From a virus (taxonomy: Duplodnaviria; Caudoviricetes), in the IMG/VR virus record IMGVR_UViG_3300017700_000269, positions 1 to 27,333 of that record: a stretch of DNA of 27,333 nucleotides; one strand, 5' to 3'. Below are positions 8,700-17,114 of the stretch, piece by piece. The translations under genes were made by a program, and so were the position numbers. Below the pieces are notes generated by a model. The model worked only from the letters and a program-made list of their open reading frames with translations, had not been told where the DNA came from and ran no database searches. Position 1 is the stretch's first letter. Each line of letters starts with the position of its first letter.

Positions 8700-10115
8700 A
8701 TGGGCGCCACCGTCATCGACAGCTTCGTCGTCGAACTCGGGCTCGACCCGTCGAAGTTCGACGCGAAGCAGAAGAAAGTCGTCCAGTCGTTCAAGCAAAC
8801 GCAGGACGAGCTAGAGAGCCGCGCCAAGAACGCGGAGAAGACCGTCGAGAGCACGGGCGGCGCGATCGCCGGGCTCGCGCGGCAAGCGTCAGGGTTCTTC
8901 GCCGCCGTCGGCGCGGGCAAATTCCTGGTCAGCTTCGCCAGCGGCACCATCGAGGCCGCGGCCAGCGTCAACCGCCTGTCCCGCAGCATCGGCGTCGGCA
9001 CCGAGACGATCACGAAGTGGCAGGGACTGGCCAAGATCTTCGGCGGCGACGCTTCGGCGATGGCGAACTCGTTCACCACGCTGTCCGACGCGTTCGCCGG
9101 CTGGAAGGTCGGAATCGTCTCCCCGATGATCGCGGACTTCCGCGCGATCAGCACGGCCGGCGGCAAAGTGATCGACGTCAACAAAGGCGTCGAGCAGAGC
9201 CTGTTCGACCTCGCCGACAACATGAAGGCGATCGCCGACCGCGGTCCGGAAGGGCAAGCTCAGGCCGGCCTGCTCGGCAGACGCCTCGGTCTCGACCCGG
9301 CGTCGATCGACCTCCTGATGCAAGGCAGCGCCAGGCTGAAGCAGGAGCTGGCCGCGATCAAAGGTCTGACGAAAGAGAACGCCGACGAGGCCACCAAGCT
9401 GTCGCAGCGGTGGAACGCGATGATCAACAGCGCGCAGACGATGGGCCAGTCCGCGTTGTTCAAGACCATCGACTTCGGCAAGCGGTTCATGAACAAAATG
9501 TCGACCGGCAACTCGATGGGCTGGCGCGACGACGGCAAAGAGGAGCCCTTGACCGCGTTCGACCGCCCGAAAGCGCCCGCGGCGGCAGCGACGGCCTCGA
9601 CGGGAGCGTTCAAGTCCCAAGAGGAGAAGGCCGAGTTCATCCGCGACGTCGCTCGCCGCAACGGCATCGATCCCGAGGTCGCGCTGCGCGTGGCCAAGAC
9701 CGAGGGTTTCAACAACTTCGTCAGCACGGTGCCCGGCGAAAAATCGTACGGCGCTTTCCAGCTCAACATCAGCAAAAACCCGTCGCGCCCGAGCCTCGGC
9801 GACAAGTTCGTTCAAGACACCGGCCTCGACCCGTCCAAGCCAGAAACCGAGAAGCAGGGGATCGAGTACGCGCTGAAATACGCGGCGACGTCGGGTCGCG
9901 GGTGGGCCGACTGGTACGGCGCCCGCAACAACGGCATCGGCCAGTTCGCAGGCATCGGCCAGGGCGGCGGCGCTTCGACGAGCACGACCACGATCGACAC
10001 CGTGAACATCACCGTTCCGCCGGGCAGCGACGGGCGACAGATCGGCCGCGAGTTCCAGGAAGCTGTCACGGCCCGCCAGAGCCGCGCCGCGAACGCCAAC
10101 ACCGGGGGGCAGTGA
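8700..10115 (+). CDS. Tape measure protein with C-terminal lysozyme/transglycosylase-like domain
   Basis: 471 aa. N-terminus ATVIDSFVVELGLDPSKF, Ala/Gly-rich helical body, then IRDVARRNGIDP.VALRVAKTEG...SYGAFQL...WYGA. Confidence 0.85.
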   Translation: MGATVIDSFVVELGLDPSKFDAKQKKVVQSFKQTQDELESRAKNAEKTVESTGGAIAGLARQASGFFAAVGAGKFLVSFASGTIEAAASVNRLSRSIGVGTETITKWQGLAKIFGGDASAMANSFTTLSDAFAGWKVGIVSPMIADFRAISTAGGKVIDVNKGVEQSLFDLADNMKAIADRGPEGQAQAGLLGRRLGLDPASIDLLMQGSARLKQELAAIKGLTKENADEATKLSQRWNAMINSAQTMGQSALFKTIDFGKRFMNKMSTGNSMGWRDDGKEEPLTAFDRPKAPAAAATASTGAFKSQEEKAEFIRDVARRNGIDPEVALRVAKTEGFNNFVSTVPGEKSYGAFQLNISKNPSRPSLGDKFVQDTGLDPSKPETEKQGIEYALKYAATSGRGWADWYGARNNGIGQFAGIGQGGGASTSTTTIDTVNITVPPGSDGRQIGREFQEAVTARQSRAANANTGGQ

Positions 10116-10116
10116 G

Positions 10117-10734
10117 ATGGCGCTGTTCCCGAACGTTCCGTTCGTCCCCGGCGTGCCGGCGTTGATCCGTGACGTGCTGGCGGTGCCGGAGCCGATCGCG
10201 TTCCTGGTCGAGGACGCTCTGGACTTCCTGTTCGGATCCTCCGCGCCCGCGTGGGGCGTGTTCCTGGACGGGGAGCAAGTGATCTTCGCCGACAGCGTCG
10301 TCTCGCTGGAGTACCGCGAGGCGTGGATCACGTCGGACTACCAGAAAGAGGAAGGATCGTTCGAGAACTACGACAAGGTCCAGACGCCGTTCGCGGTGAA
10401 GCTGCGGTTCTCCGGCGGCGGCAACGTGGGCGATCGCGCGGACTTCCTCGAGTCGATCAGCGCCGTCATGGGCGACCTGAACCTCTACGACGTCTCCACG
10501 CCGGAGATGATCTACACCAGCGTCAACTTCGAGCGGCAGGACTACCGGCGCACGGCGACGAGCGGCGCCGGCCTGATCTCGGTCGACGTGTGGATGACGC
10601 AGATCAGCCTGACCGCGCAGGCAGCGTTCAGCGACACGAAGTCGGCGAGCGGCGCGACCCAGGTCAACGGCGGCACCGTGCAGCCCGTCGTCGTCAAAGA
10701 GCCGATCCCCGACATCGTCGGAAAGGTTCAGTGA
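10117..10734 (+). CDS. Baseplate/tube-initiator (Dit-like) protein
   Basis: 205 aa after the tape measure. Motifs P.VPGVPAL.R, WGVF, DSVVSLEYR, EEGSF.NYDKVQTPF and YRRTATSGA.LI. Confidence 0.75.
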   Translation: MALFPNVPFVPGVPALIRDVLAVPEPIAFLVEDALDFLFGSSAPAWGVFLDGEQVIFADSVVSLEYREAWITSDYQKEEGSFENYDKVQTPFAVKLRFSGGGNVGDRADFLESISAVMGDLNLYDVSTPEMIYTSVNFERQDYRRTATSGAGLISVDVWMTQISLTAQAAFSDTKSASGATQVNGGTVQPVVVKEPIPDIVGKVQ

Positions 10735-11063
10735 TGCAGATCGTCCCCCTCCGCGCCGTCCCGTCGCAGACCTTGAGCGTGCAGCTCGACGGACAGAGCT
10801 GCCAGATCAACGTCCGACAGCTTTTCTACGGCGTGTTCATCGACGTCTACTCGAACAACGATCTCGTCGTGGCCGGCGTGCAGTGCGAGAACCTGAACAG
10901 GATCGTCAGGTCGAGATACCTCGGGTTCTCGGGAGACCTGACGTTCATCGACCAACAGACCGACGACAACGGGCAGGGCACAGACCCTAGCTACGAAGGG
11001 TTCGGAACGCGCTACCTTCTATGCTATCTGAGCGAGACCGAGATCCCCGCTACGGAGGGCTGA
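10734..11063 (+). CDS. Small baseplate (plug-like) protein
   Basis: TGATG coupling; 109 aa, MQIVPL.AVPSQTLSVQL.GQ.CQI...YLGFSGDL.FID.Q...DP.Y.GFGTRY.L.Y. Confidence 0.75.
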   Translation: MQIVPLRAVPSQTLSVQLDGQSCQINVRQLFYGVFIDVYSNNDLVVAGVQCENLNRIVRSRYLGFSGDLTFIDQQTDDNGQGTDPSYEGFGTRYLLCYLSETEIPATEG

Positions 11064-11065
11064 CG

Positions 11066-11956
11066 TTGGCGTTCACGAAAAAGATCCTCGAGGTGACCAT
11101 CTCGCTCGCCCCGTCTGGAAGCAACACGCAGCAGCCTCGGTTCGAGGGCGGCGGAAACACCGTGACGCTGTCGGGGCTGCGCATGAGCGCGCACATATCG
11201 AAAGCCGGCGGGCCGTCCGACTCGGCGATGGACCTCACGATCTACGGCATGTCCGAGTCGAAGATGAACCAGCTTTCGACGCTCGGCATGCAGATCAACC
11301 TCGTTCCGAAGAACTCGATCGTGCTGCAGGCCGGCGACGAGGACGGCCTGTCGACGGTTTTTCAGGGCTACATCCTGAGCGCGTACGCCGACTTCGCGTC
11401 GTCGCCGAACGTTCCGTTCAGGATCACGGCGCACACCGGTTTGCCCGACGCGACCGTCCCGACGCCGGTGTCCAGCATGAAAGGGTCGGGCGACGTGGCG
11501 ACGCTCCTGTCTAGCCTGGCCGCGACCATGGGCCTGTCGTTCGAGAACAGCGGCGTGACCTCCAAGCTGTCGAACCCTTACTACTCCGGGTCGCCGAAGA
11601 CGCAGGCGATGGCGATCGCCAAGGACGCCGGCGTCAGCATGATCATCGACAACGGCAAGCTTGCCATCTGGCCGAAGAACGGGGCGCGGAACGGCTCCGT
11701 TCCGCTGATCTCCCCCGACACCGGTATGATCGGCTACCCGAGCTACACGGCCTACGGGATCGCGCTGAAGTGCCTGTTCAACCCGTCGATCGGGTTCGGC
11801 CAGAAGATCCAGGTCGAGAGCAGGCTGAAACCGGCCTGCGGCGAGTGGGCGATCTACGGCATGGACTACGACCTGGAGTGCCTCACGCCGCACGGAAAAT
11901 GGGAGATCTCGATCTTGGCCTACAACCCGAAATATCCGGCGCCGGTGCAACGCTGA
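11066..11956 (+). CDS. Baseplate hub protein
   Basis: TTG start with SD GGAGG at 11054-11058; 296 aa. Motifs IYGMS.S.MNQLS, AGD, VFQG.I..AYAD, FENSGV...LSNPY and ISP.TGMIGYP. Confidence 0.8.
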   Translation: MAFTKKILEVTISLAPSGSNTQQPRFEGGGNTVTLSGLRMSAHISKAGGPSDSAMDLTIYGMSESKMNQLSTLGMQINLVPKNSIVLQAGDEDGLSTVFQGYILSAYADFASSPNVPFRITAHTGLPDATVPTPVSSMKGSGDVATLLSSLAATMGLSFENSGVTSKLSNPYYSGSPKTQAMAIAKDAGVSMIIDNGKLAIWPKNGARNGSVPLISPDTGMIGYPSYTAYGIALKCLFNPSIGFGQKIQVESRLKPACGEWAIYGMDYDLECLTPHGKWEISILAYNPKYPAPVQR

Positions 11957-12678
11957 TGGCCGACGAGCAAGGCAACTTCGGCTACGGCCAGCAGCACCCG
12001 AGCGACACGTCGAGCGACACCAACGTCGAGCAGTTCGTCATCCAGCAGGCGCTGGCCGGGATCTCGACGATGAAGCTGGTCAAGGTGAAGGCCGTCGACG
12101 CCGCGGCCAAAACCGTCGACGTGGAGATCTTGACGAAGCTCGTCGACGGCTCCGGAAACGTCACCGACCAGGGAACGGTTTATGGAATCTCCTACATCAC
12201 GGCGCAGTGGGGGAAGAGCGCCGTGAAGGGGACGCCGGCCGAGGGGGACATGGGCATAATGGTCTGCGCCGACCGCGACATCTCCGCTGTGAAGTCGACG
12301 AAAGGCTCCGCGCAGCCGGGGTCGAACCGCAAGTTCAGCCCCGCCGACGGCGTCTACATCTGCGGCCTGATGAACGGCGACCCCGAGCAGTTCATCGAGT
12401 TCAAGGACGACGGCGGCGACTTCACGTTCAAGGGCGGCAAGAAGCTCGAGGTCGACTCGGTGACGGGGTGGACGTTCACCGGGATCGTGACGTTCAAGGA
12501 CAACGTCCAGCTCGGCGGCACCATCAACGCGCTGGCCGGCGGCGTCTACGACAAGGCGATCACCACCACCGGCACGATCACGGCCAACGAGGTCACCGCC
12601 GGCGGGATCGGCCTGAAGACGCACCACCACACCACGCAGGGCGGCGCCGGCACGTTGACCACGCAGTCGCAGGCATAA
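11956..12678 (+). CDS. Baseplate central spike (gpV/gp138-like)
   Basis: TGATG coupling; 240 aa. OB-fold-like N-terminus with GD.GI.VCADRDIS.VK and C-terminal metal-binding apex LKTHHH. Confidence 0.85.
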   Translation: MADEQGNFGYGQQHPSDTSSDTNVEQFVIQQALAGISTMKLVKVKAVDAAAKTVDVEILTKLVDGSGNVTDQGTVYGISYITAQWGKSAVKGTPAEGDMGIMVCADRDISAVKSTKGSAQPGSNRKFSPADGVYICGLMNGDPEQFIEFKDDGGDFTFKGGKKLEVDSVTGWTFTGIVTFKDNVQLGGTINALAGGVYDKAITTTGTITANEVTAGGIGLKTHHHTTQGGAGTLTTQSQA

Positions 12679-12716
12679 GAACGTTGCTTCTGGACCCCTC
12701 GCTCGGCTAGGACCAC

Positions 12717-13070
12717 ATGATGCGCACGCTTCTCCTCGACACAGTGACGTGGGACTTCGTTCTGGACGCGTCCGGGAACTGGGCGGTCGCAGACGTTCCC
12801 TACGCCATGGCGCAGGACGCGGCCAGCGCGATCCGCCTGTTCAAAGGCGAGCTCTGGTACAACAAGGCGAAGGGCGTGCCTTACTACGAGGACATCCTCG
12901 GACGCCAGCCGAACGTCGCGCTGACCAAGGCCCGCATGGTGGACGCCGCGAAGACGGTCCCCGGCGTGGTGTCCGCCAAGTGCTTCATCTCCGGAGTGGT
13001 CGACCGAAGGATGACCGGACAGGTCCAGGTGACGGACAGGCAAGGCAACGTAACGGCGGCAGGTTTCTGA
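12717..13070 (+). CDS. Baseplate wedge/sheath initiator (gp25-like)
   Basis: 117 aa (start 12717 or 12720). Motifs TLLLD..TWD.VLDASGN.AVA..PYA.AQD.ASAIRLF.GELWY...GVPY. Confidence 0.8.
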   Translation: MMRTLLLDTVTWDFVLDASGNWAVADVPYAMAQDAASAIRLFKGELWYNKAKGVPYYEDILGRQPNVALTKARMVDAAKTVPGVVSAKCFISGVVDRRMTGQVQVTDRQGNVTAAGF

Positions 13071-14503
13071 TGGCGACGACCAACGTTCCCAAGGCGGTCT
13101 TCGGACCGAACGGATTCCAGGCTCCTCCGGAGGACCAGATCTTCGTCGGTCGGTTCCAGGACATGCAGGACGCTTTCGGCGGCGGCCTCAACCCCTCGCT
13201 CGAGACGCCGCAAGGCCAGCTCGCCACGAGCGACACGGCGATCATCGGGAACGCCTACGACACGTTCGTCTACTACACGAACCAGGTCGACCCGGCCTTC
13301 GCGCAGGGTCGCATGCAGGACGCGATCGGACGGATCTACAACATCGAGCGACAGTCTTCGCAGCCGACCGTGGTCTCGGCGGTCTGCGCCGGTCTGACCG
13401 GCGTGATCATCCCGGTCGGCGCGCTCGCGGTGGCGCAGGACGGCAACGTCTACCAATGCACACAGGAGGGCGAGATCCCCGTCGGCGGAAGCATCACTCT
13501 CCCGTTCGCGTGCACCGTCACCGGCTCGATCCCCTGCCCCGACGGATCTCTCAACAAGATCTACAAGTCGATCAACGGGTGGGAGAGCATCGTCAACCTG
13601 ACCGACGGCGTGCTCGGCCGGGACGTGGAGAGCCGAGCCGAGTTCGAGGAGCGCCGGCAGCTGTCCGTCGCGCTCAACTCGCGCGGGTCGATGCCGTCGA
13701 TCCGCGGCGCCGTGCTGGACGTGGACGGCGTCCTCGACGCCTACGTCACCGAGAACGTCAACGACACGCCGCTGGTCATCAACGGCTACACGCTGGCGCC
13801 GAAGTCGCTCTACGTGGCGGCCGCCGGCGGAGATCCCGACGCCGTCGCGCTGGCGATCTGGACGAAGAAGTCTCCCGGCTGCGCGTACAACGGCAGCACG
13901 GTGATCGTCGTCACCGACACATCGTCCGGCTACTCGTTCCCATATCCGACCTACACCGTGAAATATCAGATCCCCGACGCGCTGGAGGTTCTGTTCGCGG
14001 TCACGCTCGCGAACAACCCCCTGATCCCTGACAACGCGACGGCGCTGATCCAGAACGCCATCATGGCGGCGTTCTCGGGGTCCGACGGCGGCCAGCGCGC
14101 GAGCATCGGGTCGCTGATCTACGCCAGCAGGTTCTACGCGGGGATCGCCGCGCTCGGGCCCTGGGCTCAGATCGTGTCGATCCGGATCGGGTCGGCCAAC
14201 GTCCCGCAGGCGTCGTTCACGGCGTCGATCGCCGGCCTGGTGATGACGGTCACGGCGATGACGAGCGGCGTGATCGCGGTCGGCCAGACGGTCAGCGACG
14301 TGGACAGCGTCATCACGTCGGGGACGCAGATCAACGCGCTCGGAACGGGCACGGGCGGCGTCGGCACCTACATGCTCAACATCACGCAGACGGTCTCGTC
14401 CCGGGCGATCAAAGCGTCCCGGCCGATCAACGACTCCGTGAGCGTGGAGATCGACCAGGTTCCGACCGTCGCCGCCGGCAACATCCAGGTCAGCCTGCTG
14501 TGA
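13070..14503 (+). CDS. Baseplate J/gp47-like wedge protein
   Basis: True start is ATG 13070 (TGATG coupling); 477 aa. Motifs LETPQGQLA.S, QVDP..AQGRMQDAIGRIY, G.DVESRAEFE.RR..SV and AIW.KK.PGC.YNG. Confidence 0.88.
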   Translation: MATTNVPKAVFGPNGFQAPPEDQIFVGRFQDMQDAFGGGLNPSLETPQGQLATSDTAIIGNAYDTFVYYTNQVDPAFAQGRMQDAIGRIYNIERQSSQPTVVSAVCAGLTGVIIPVGALAVAQDGNVYQCTQEGEIPVGGSITLPFACTVTGSIPCPDGSLNKIYKSINGWESIVNLTDGVLGRDVESRAEFEERRQLSVALNSRGSMPSIRGAVLDVDGVLDAYVTENVNDTPLVINGYTLAPKSLYVAAAGGDPDAVALAIWTKKSPGCAYNGSTVIVVTDTSSGYSFPYPTYTVKYQIPDALEVLFAVTLANNPLIPDNATALIQNAIMAAFSGSDGGQRASIGSLIYASRFYAGIAALGPWAQIVSIRIGSANVPQASFTASIAGLVMTVTAMTSGVIAVGQTVSDVDSVITSGTQINALGTGTGGVGTYMLNITQTVSSRAIKASRPINDSVSVEIDQVPTVAAGNIQVSLL

Positions 14504-15168
14504 GCGGCCCCTCATACCCTCGAGTCGACGACGATCGCGGAGGCATAGGCAGCTTCGTCATCGGCGTGACCGCGATCGGCGGCGGCCTCGGCCAGTCGTT
14601 CAAGTATCGCGACACGATCATCAGCCAGTACGCCAACAGCGACATCCTGACGTCCCTGATCAGTTCTTTTTGGGGGGCGATGGACCAGTCCGTGAACATG
14701 GACCTGTTCTTCGACAACGTCTGGAACATCGACACGGCGATCGGCCACGGGCTCGACGTGTGGGGCAGGATCGTCGGCGTCAGCCGGACGCTCCGGATCT
14801 CGGAGGACCGCGACTACTTCGGCTTCGCCGAGGCCACCAGCCTGAGCGCGAAGCCCTACAACGTCGCGCCGTTCTACGTGGGCGCGCAGCTTTCGTCTAA
14901 CTTCGACCTGGCCGACGAGCCCTACCGCGTGCTGCTGCTGGCCAAGGCGTTCGCCAACGTTTCGGACGGATCCATCCCGAGCATCAACAAAATCCTGCGC
15001 AGCCTTTTCCCCGGACGTGGTAACGCCTACTGCACGGACGGCGGGGACATGACGATGACCTACACGTTCGAGTTTTTGCTGCAGCCGGTCGAGCTCGCCA
15101 TCCTGTCGCAGTCCGGGGTTCTTCCGAAGCCGAGCGGTGTTTCGGCGACAATCGTCCAGGTGATCTGA
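14500..15168 (+). CDS. Baseplate wedge protein (DUF2612-like)
   Basis: GTGA overlap; 222 aa. Motifs TIISQYANS, VWNIDTA.G.GLDVWGRIVGV.R, L.KA.AN.SDGSIP.IN and SGVLPKPSGV. Confidence 0.88.
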   Translation: MSGPSYPRVDDDRGGIGSFVIGVTAIGGGLGQSFKYRDTIISQYANSDILTSLISSFWGAMDQSVNMDLFFDNVWNIDTAIGHGLDVWGRIVGVSRTLRISEDRDYFGFAEATSLSAKPYNVAPFYVGAQLSSNFDLADEPYRVLLLAKAFANVSDGSIPSINKILRSLFPGRGNAYCTDGGDMTMTYTFEFLLQPVELAILSQSGVLPKPSGVSATIVQVI

Positions 15169-15171
15169 GCC

Positions 15172-16317
15172 ATGAAAAAAATCGACGTTCCGGTCAAATT
15201 CCCGATCCCGTTCGCCGCCAACGCTGGCGCGCCCTACATCTCTGACATCCCGACGTCGTCGCAGATCGGCGTGAACCCTGGCCGCGCTTCGCTGAACGAC
15301 GGGTTCGTCCCGGTCAACATGCAGCCGATCGACGCAGGCGGCATCCCTCCGTTCGGGCAGGACCAGAACGGCATCCTGTTTCGGTCGACGTCGTGGGACA
15401 GGTGGTTCTCCGCGGGCGGTCCGCTCTACTACGACTCCGACTTCGCGATAGAGGCGAACGGCTATCCAGCGGACGCCGTCGTCCGGTCGCGGATCGTCCC
15501 GGGAAACCTCTGGATGAGCACGGTTGACGACAACACGTCCGATCCTGACGCCTTCGGCGCCAACTGGGTTTCGCCCCCCAACGTTTGGGGCACCGGCGAC
15601 ATCCGCGGCAACATCTTCCCCGACGACGTTCCGGTCGGATGGGTGCGCGCTCGCAACGGCTACACGATCGGCGCGTCCGGGTCGCTGGCGTCTTTCGCCA
15701 GCCCGACGACGGTTTTTCTGTACGTCAAGACGTGGCTCAAGTTCTCCAACTCGATCTGCCCCGTCACGGGCGGTCGGGGCGCGAACCCGCTCGCCGACTT
15801 CAACGCGTTGAAGCCGATCCAAGTCTACGACATGGCAGGCGCCGGGATGATCGGCAACGAGTTCACCTCCGGACGACTCGCCGGCGTCCCGCCGATCTTC
15901 GGGAACGTGGGCACGACCGGGTCGATGGTCGGCGAGAACTTTCACGCCAACACGCTCGCGGAGAACGGGCCGCACGACCACAACGGCACGACCACGACCG
16001 AGACCATGAACCACACCCATACCGGCGGCGGCAGCACGACCGGCATGAACCAGAACAACCCGCACACCCACAACTACGATCAGCCGTCTTTCTCGGGCTT
16101 CACCGCTCGAAACGACGGAGGCGTCGGTCAGTTCGTCGCGATCGCCAACCAGATCGTGACCTACACAAACATCGACCACGGGCACGCTTACTCTTTCACG
16201 ACCAGCATCCAGGGCAACGGGCATCAGCACCTCTACAACACGTCGGTGTCCGGGTCCGGGCAGCCGCACAACAACGTTTTTCGTTGCGCCATCACCGACT
16301 GGCTGCAGAAGCTTTAA
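15172..16317 (+). CDS. Tail fibre with baseplate anchor, collar-like domain and His-repeat tip
   Basis: 381 aa. N-terminus PIPFA..A...IP..SQIG...GRASL.DGF.P....PI.AGGIPPFGQD.NGIL, collar-like GWVRA.NG.TIG...GGRGA, five HxH motifs and G.PHNN. Confidence 0.8.
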   Translation: MKKIDVPVKFPIPFAANAGAPYISDIPTSSQIGVNPGRASLNDGFVPVNMQPIDAGGIPPFGQDQNGILFRSTSWDRWFSAGGPLYYDSDFAIEANGYPADAVVRSRIVPGNLWMSTVDDNTSDPDAFGANWVSPPNVWGTGDIRGNIFPDDVPVGWVRARNGYTIGASGSLASFASPTTVFLYVKTWLKFSNSICPVTGGRGANPLADFNALKPIQVYDMAGAGMIGNEFTSGRLAGVPPIFGNVGTTGSMVGENFHANTLAENGPHDHNGTTTTETMNHTHTGGGSTTGMNQNNPHTHNYDQPSFSGFTARNDGGVGQFVAIANQIVTYTNIDHGHAYSFTTSIQGNGHQHLYNTSVSGSGQPHNNVFRCAITDWLQKL

Positions 16318-16326
16318 GGAGAACGC

Positions 16327-17109
16327 ATGTCGTTCAGCATCAAGAAATCTTTTCTTCGAGCGAACCCCGGGTTCGAGGTCCAGGCCGCGGCGCACGCCCA
16401 CGAGGTCAGGGAATGGCTGGAGAGGGAGCGACGGGTCGCCGAAGACGCGAAGAACCCGAACGTCGCGGAGATCGAAAGGTGGGTGTCGTGCCCCGCGCCG
16501 CAGGCGCCGAACAGCGTCGTGGCGTCTGCCGTCGACGAGCTCGGCAACGTCGTTTTCGAGATCGAGGACGACGACCCTCCGGCCGAGGAGGTTCTCCGGT
16601 CCAAAAAGAAAAACCTTGAGATGTTGCTGCGCTCGGCAGAGGCCAGCGCGCGCTCGTCGGTGATGTCGCAGAACAAGCGTCCTCTGCATCAGATCAAGGT
16701 CGAGGAGATCGCGGCGGCCGACGACGTCCTCCGGCAGCAGCTGGTCGCCGGCGCCGAGCAATCTTCGATGATCCTGGTCGACGCCTACGAGGAAAAAGCG
16801 GCGCGCGTCCGGGGCGAGAACGTCGGCATCCTGGCCGCCCTCGCCGCGAAAATCGGCGTCTCGGAACACCCCGTGTTGAAGAAGCTGGCCGACCTGCCGA
16901 AGCCACAATTTCCGACCGTCGATTTCGCCGAGGACGTCCGCGCCATCCGCCCTCCGGAGGACACGGCGCTGCTGGACCTGAACGAAAGCATGCTGGCCGC
17001 GGAGGCCGCGATCACCCGCGCTGTGGCCGTCGCCCTGAGCGACATCGACGACCTGACCACCGAAACCGTCGACGACTACAAGATCCCTGACCTGACGAAG
17101 CAAGGTTGA
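16327..17109 (+). CDS. Hypothetical helical protein, possible fibre assembly chaperone
   Basis: SD AAGGAG; 260 aa, acidic and Ala-rich. Function is inferred only from its position between two fibre genes. Confidence 0.65.
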   Translation: MSFSIKKSFLRANPGFEVQAAAHAHEVREWLERERRVAEDAKNPNVAEIERWVSCPAPQAPNSVVASAVDELGNVVFEIEDDDPPAEEVLRSKKKNLEMLLRSAEASARSSVMSQNKRPLHQIKVEEIAAADDVLRQQLVAGAEQSSMILVDAYEEKAARVRGENVGILAALAAKIGVSEHPVLKKLADLPKPQFPTVDFAEDVRAIRPPEDTALLDLNESMLAAEAAITRAVAVALSDIDDLTTETVDDYKIPDLTKQG

Positions 17110-17114
17110 GCACC

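Noticed and set aside
12749-13069. N-terminal extensions in the ORF track (also 1491, 4215, 4661, 7881, 10251, 11021, 11770, 20500, 20988, 22240)
   Set aside because: Downstream starts have SD sequences or stop-start coupling and match the family N-termini.
14512-17103. 863-aa minus-strand ORF and similar long antisense ORFs (309-1346, 5862-7658, 8889-10331, 12884-14515)
   Set aside because: These are shadow frames opposite well-supported genes, produced by high-GC codon bias; the translations have no recognisable motifs.
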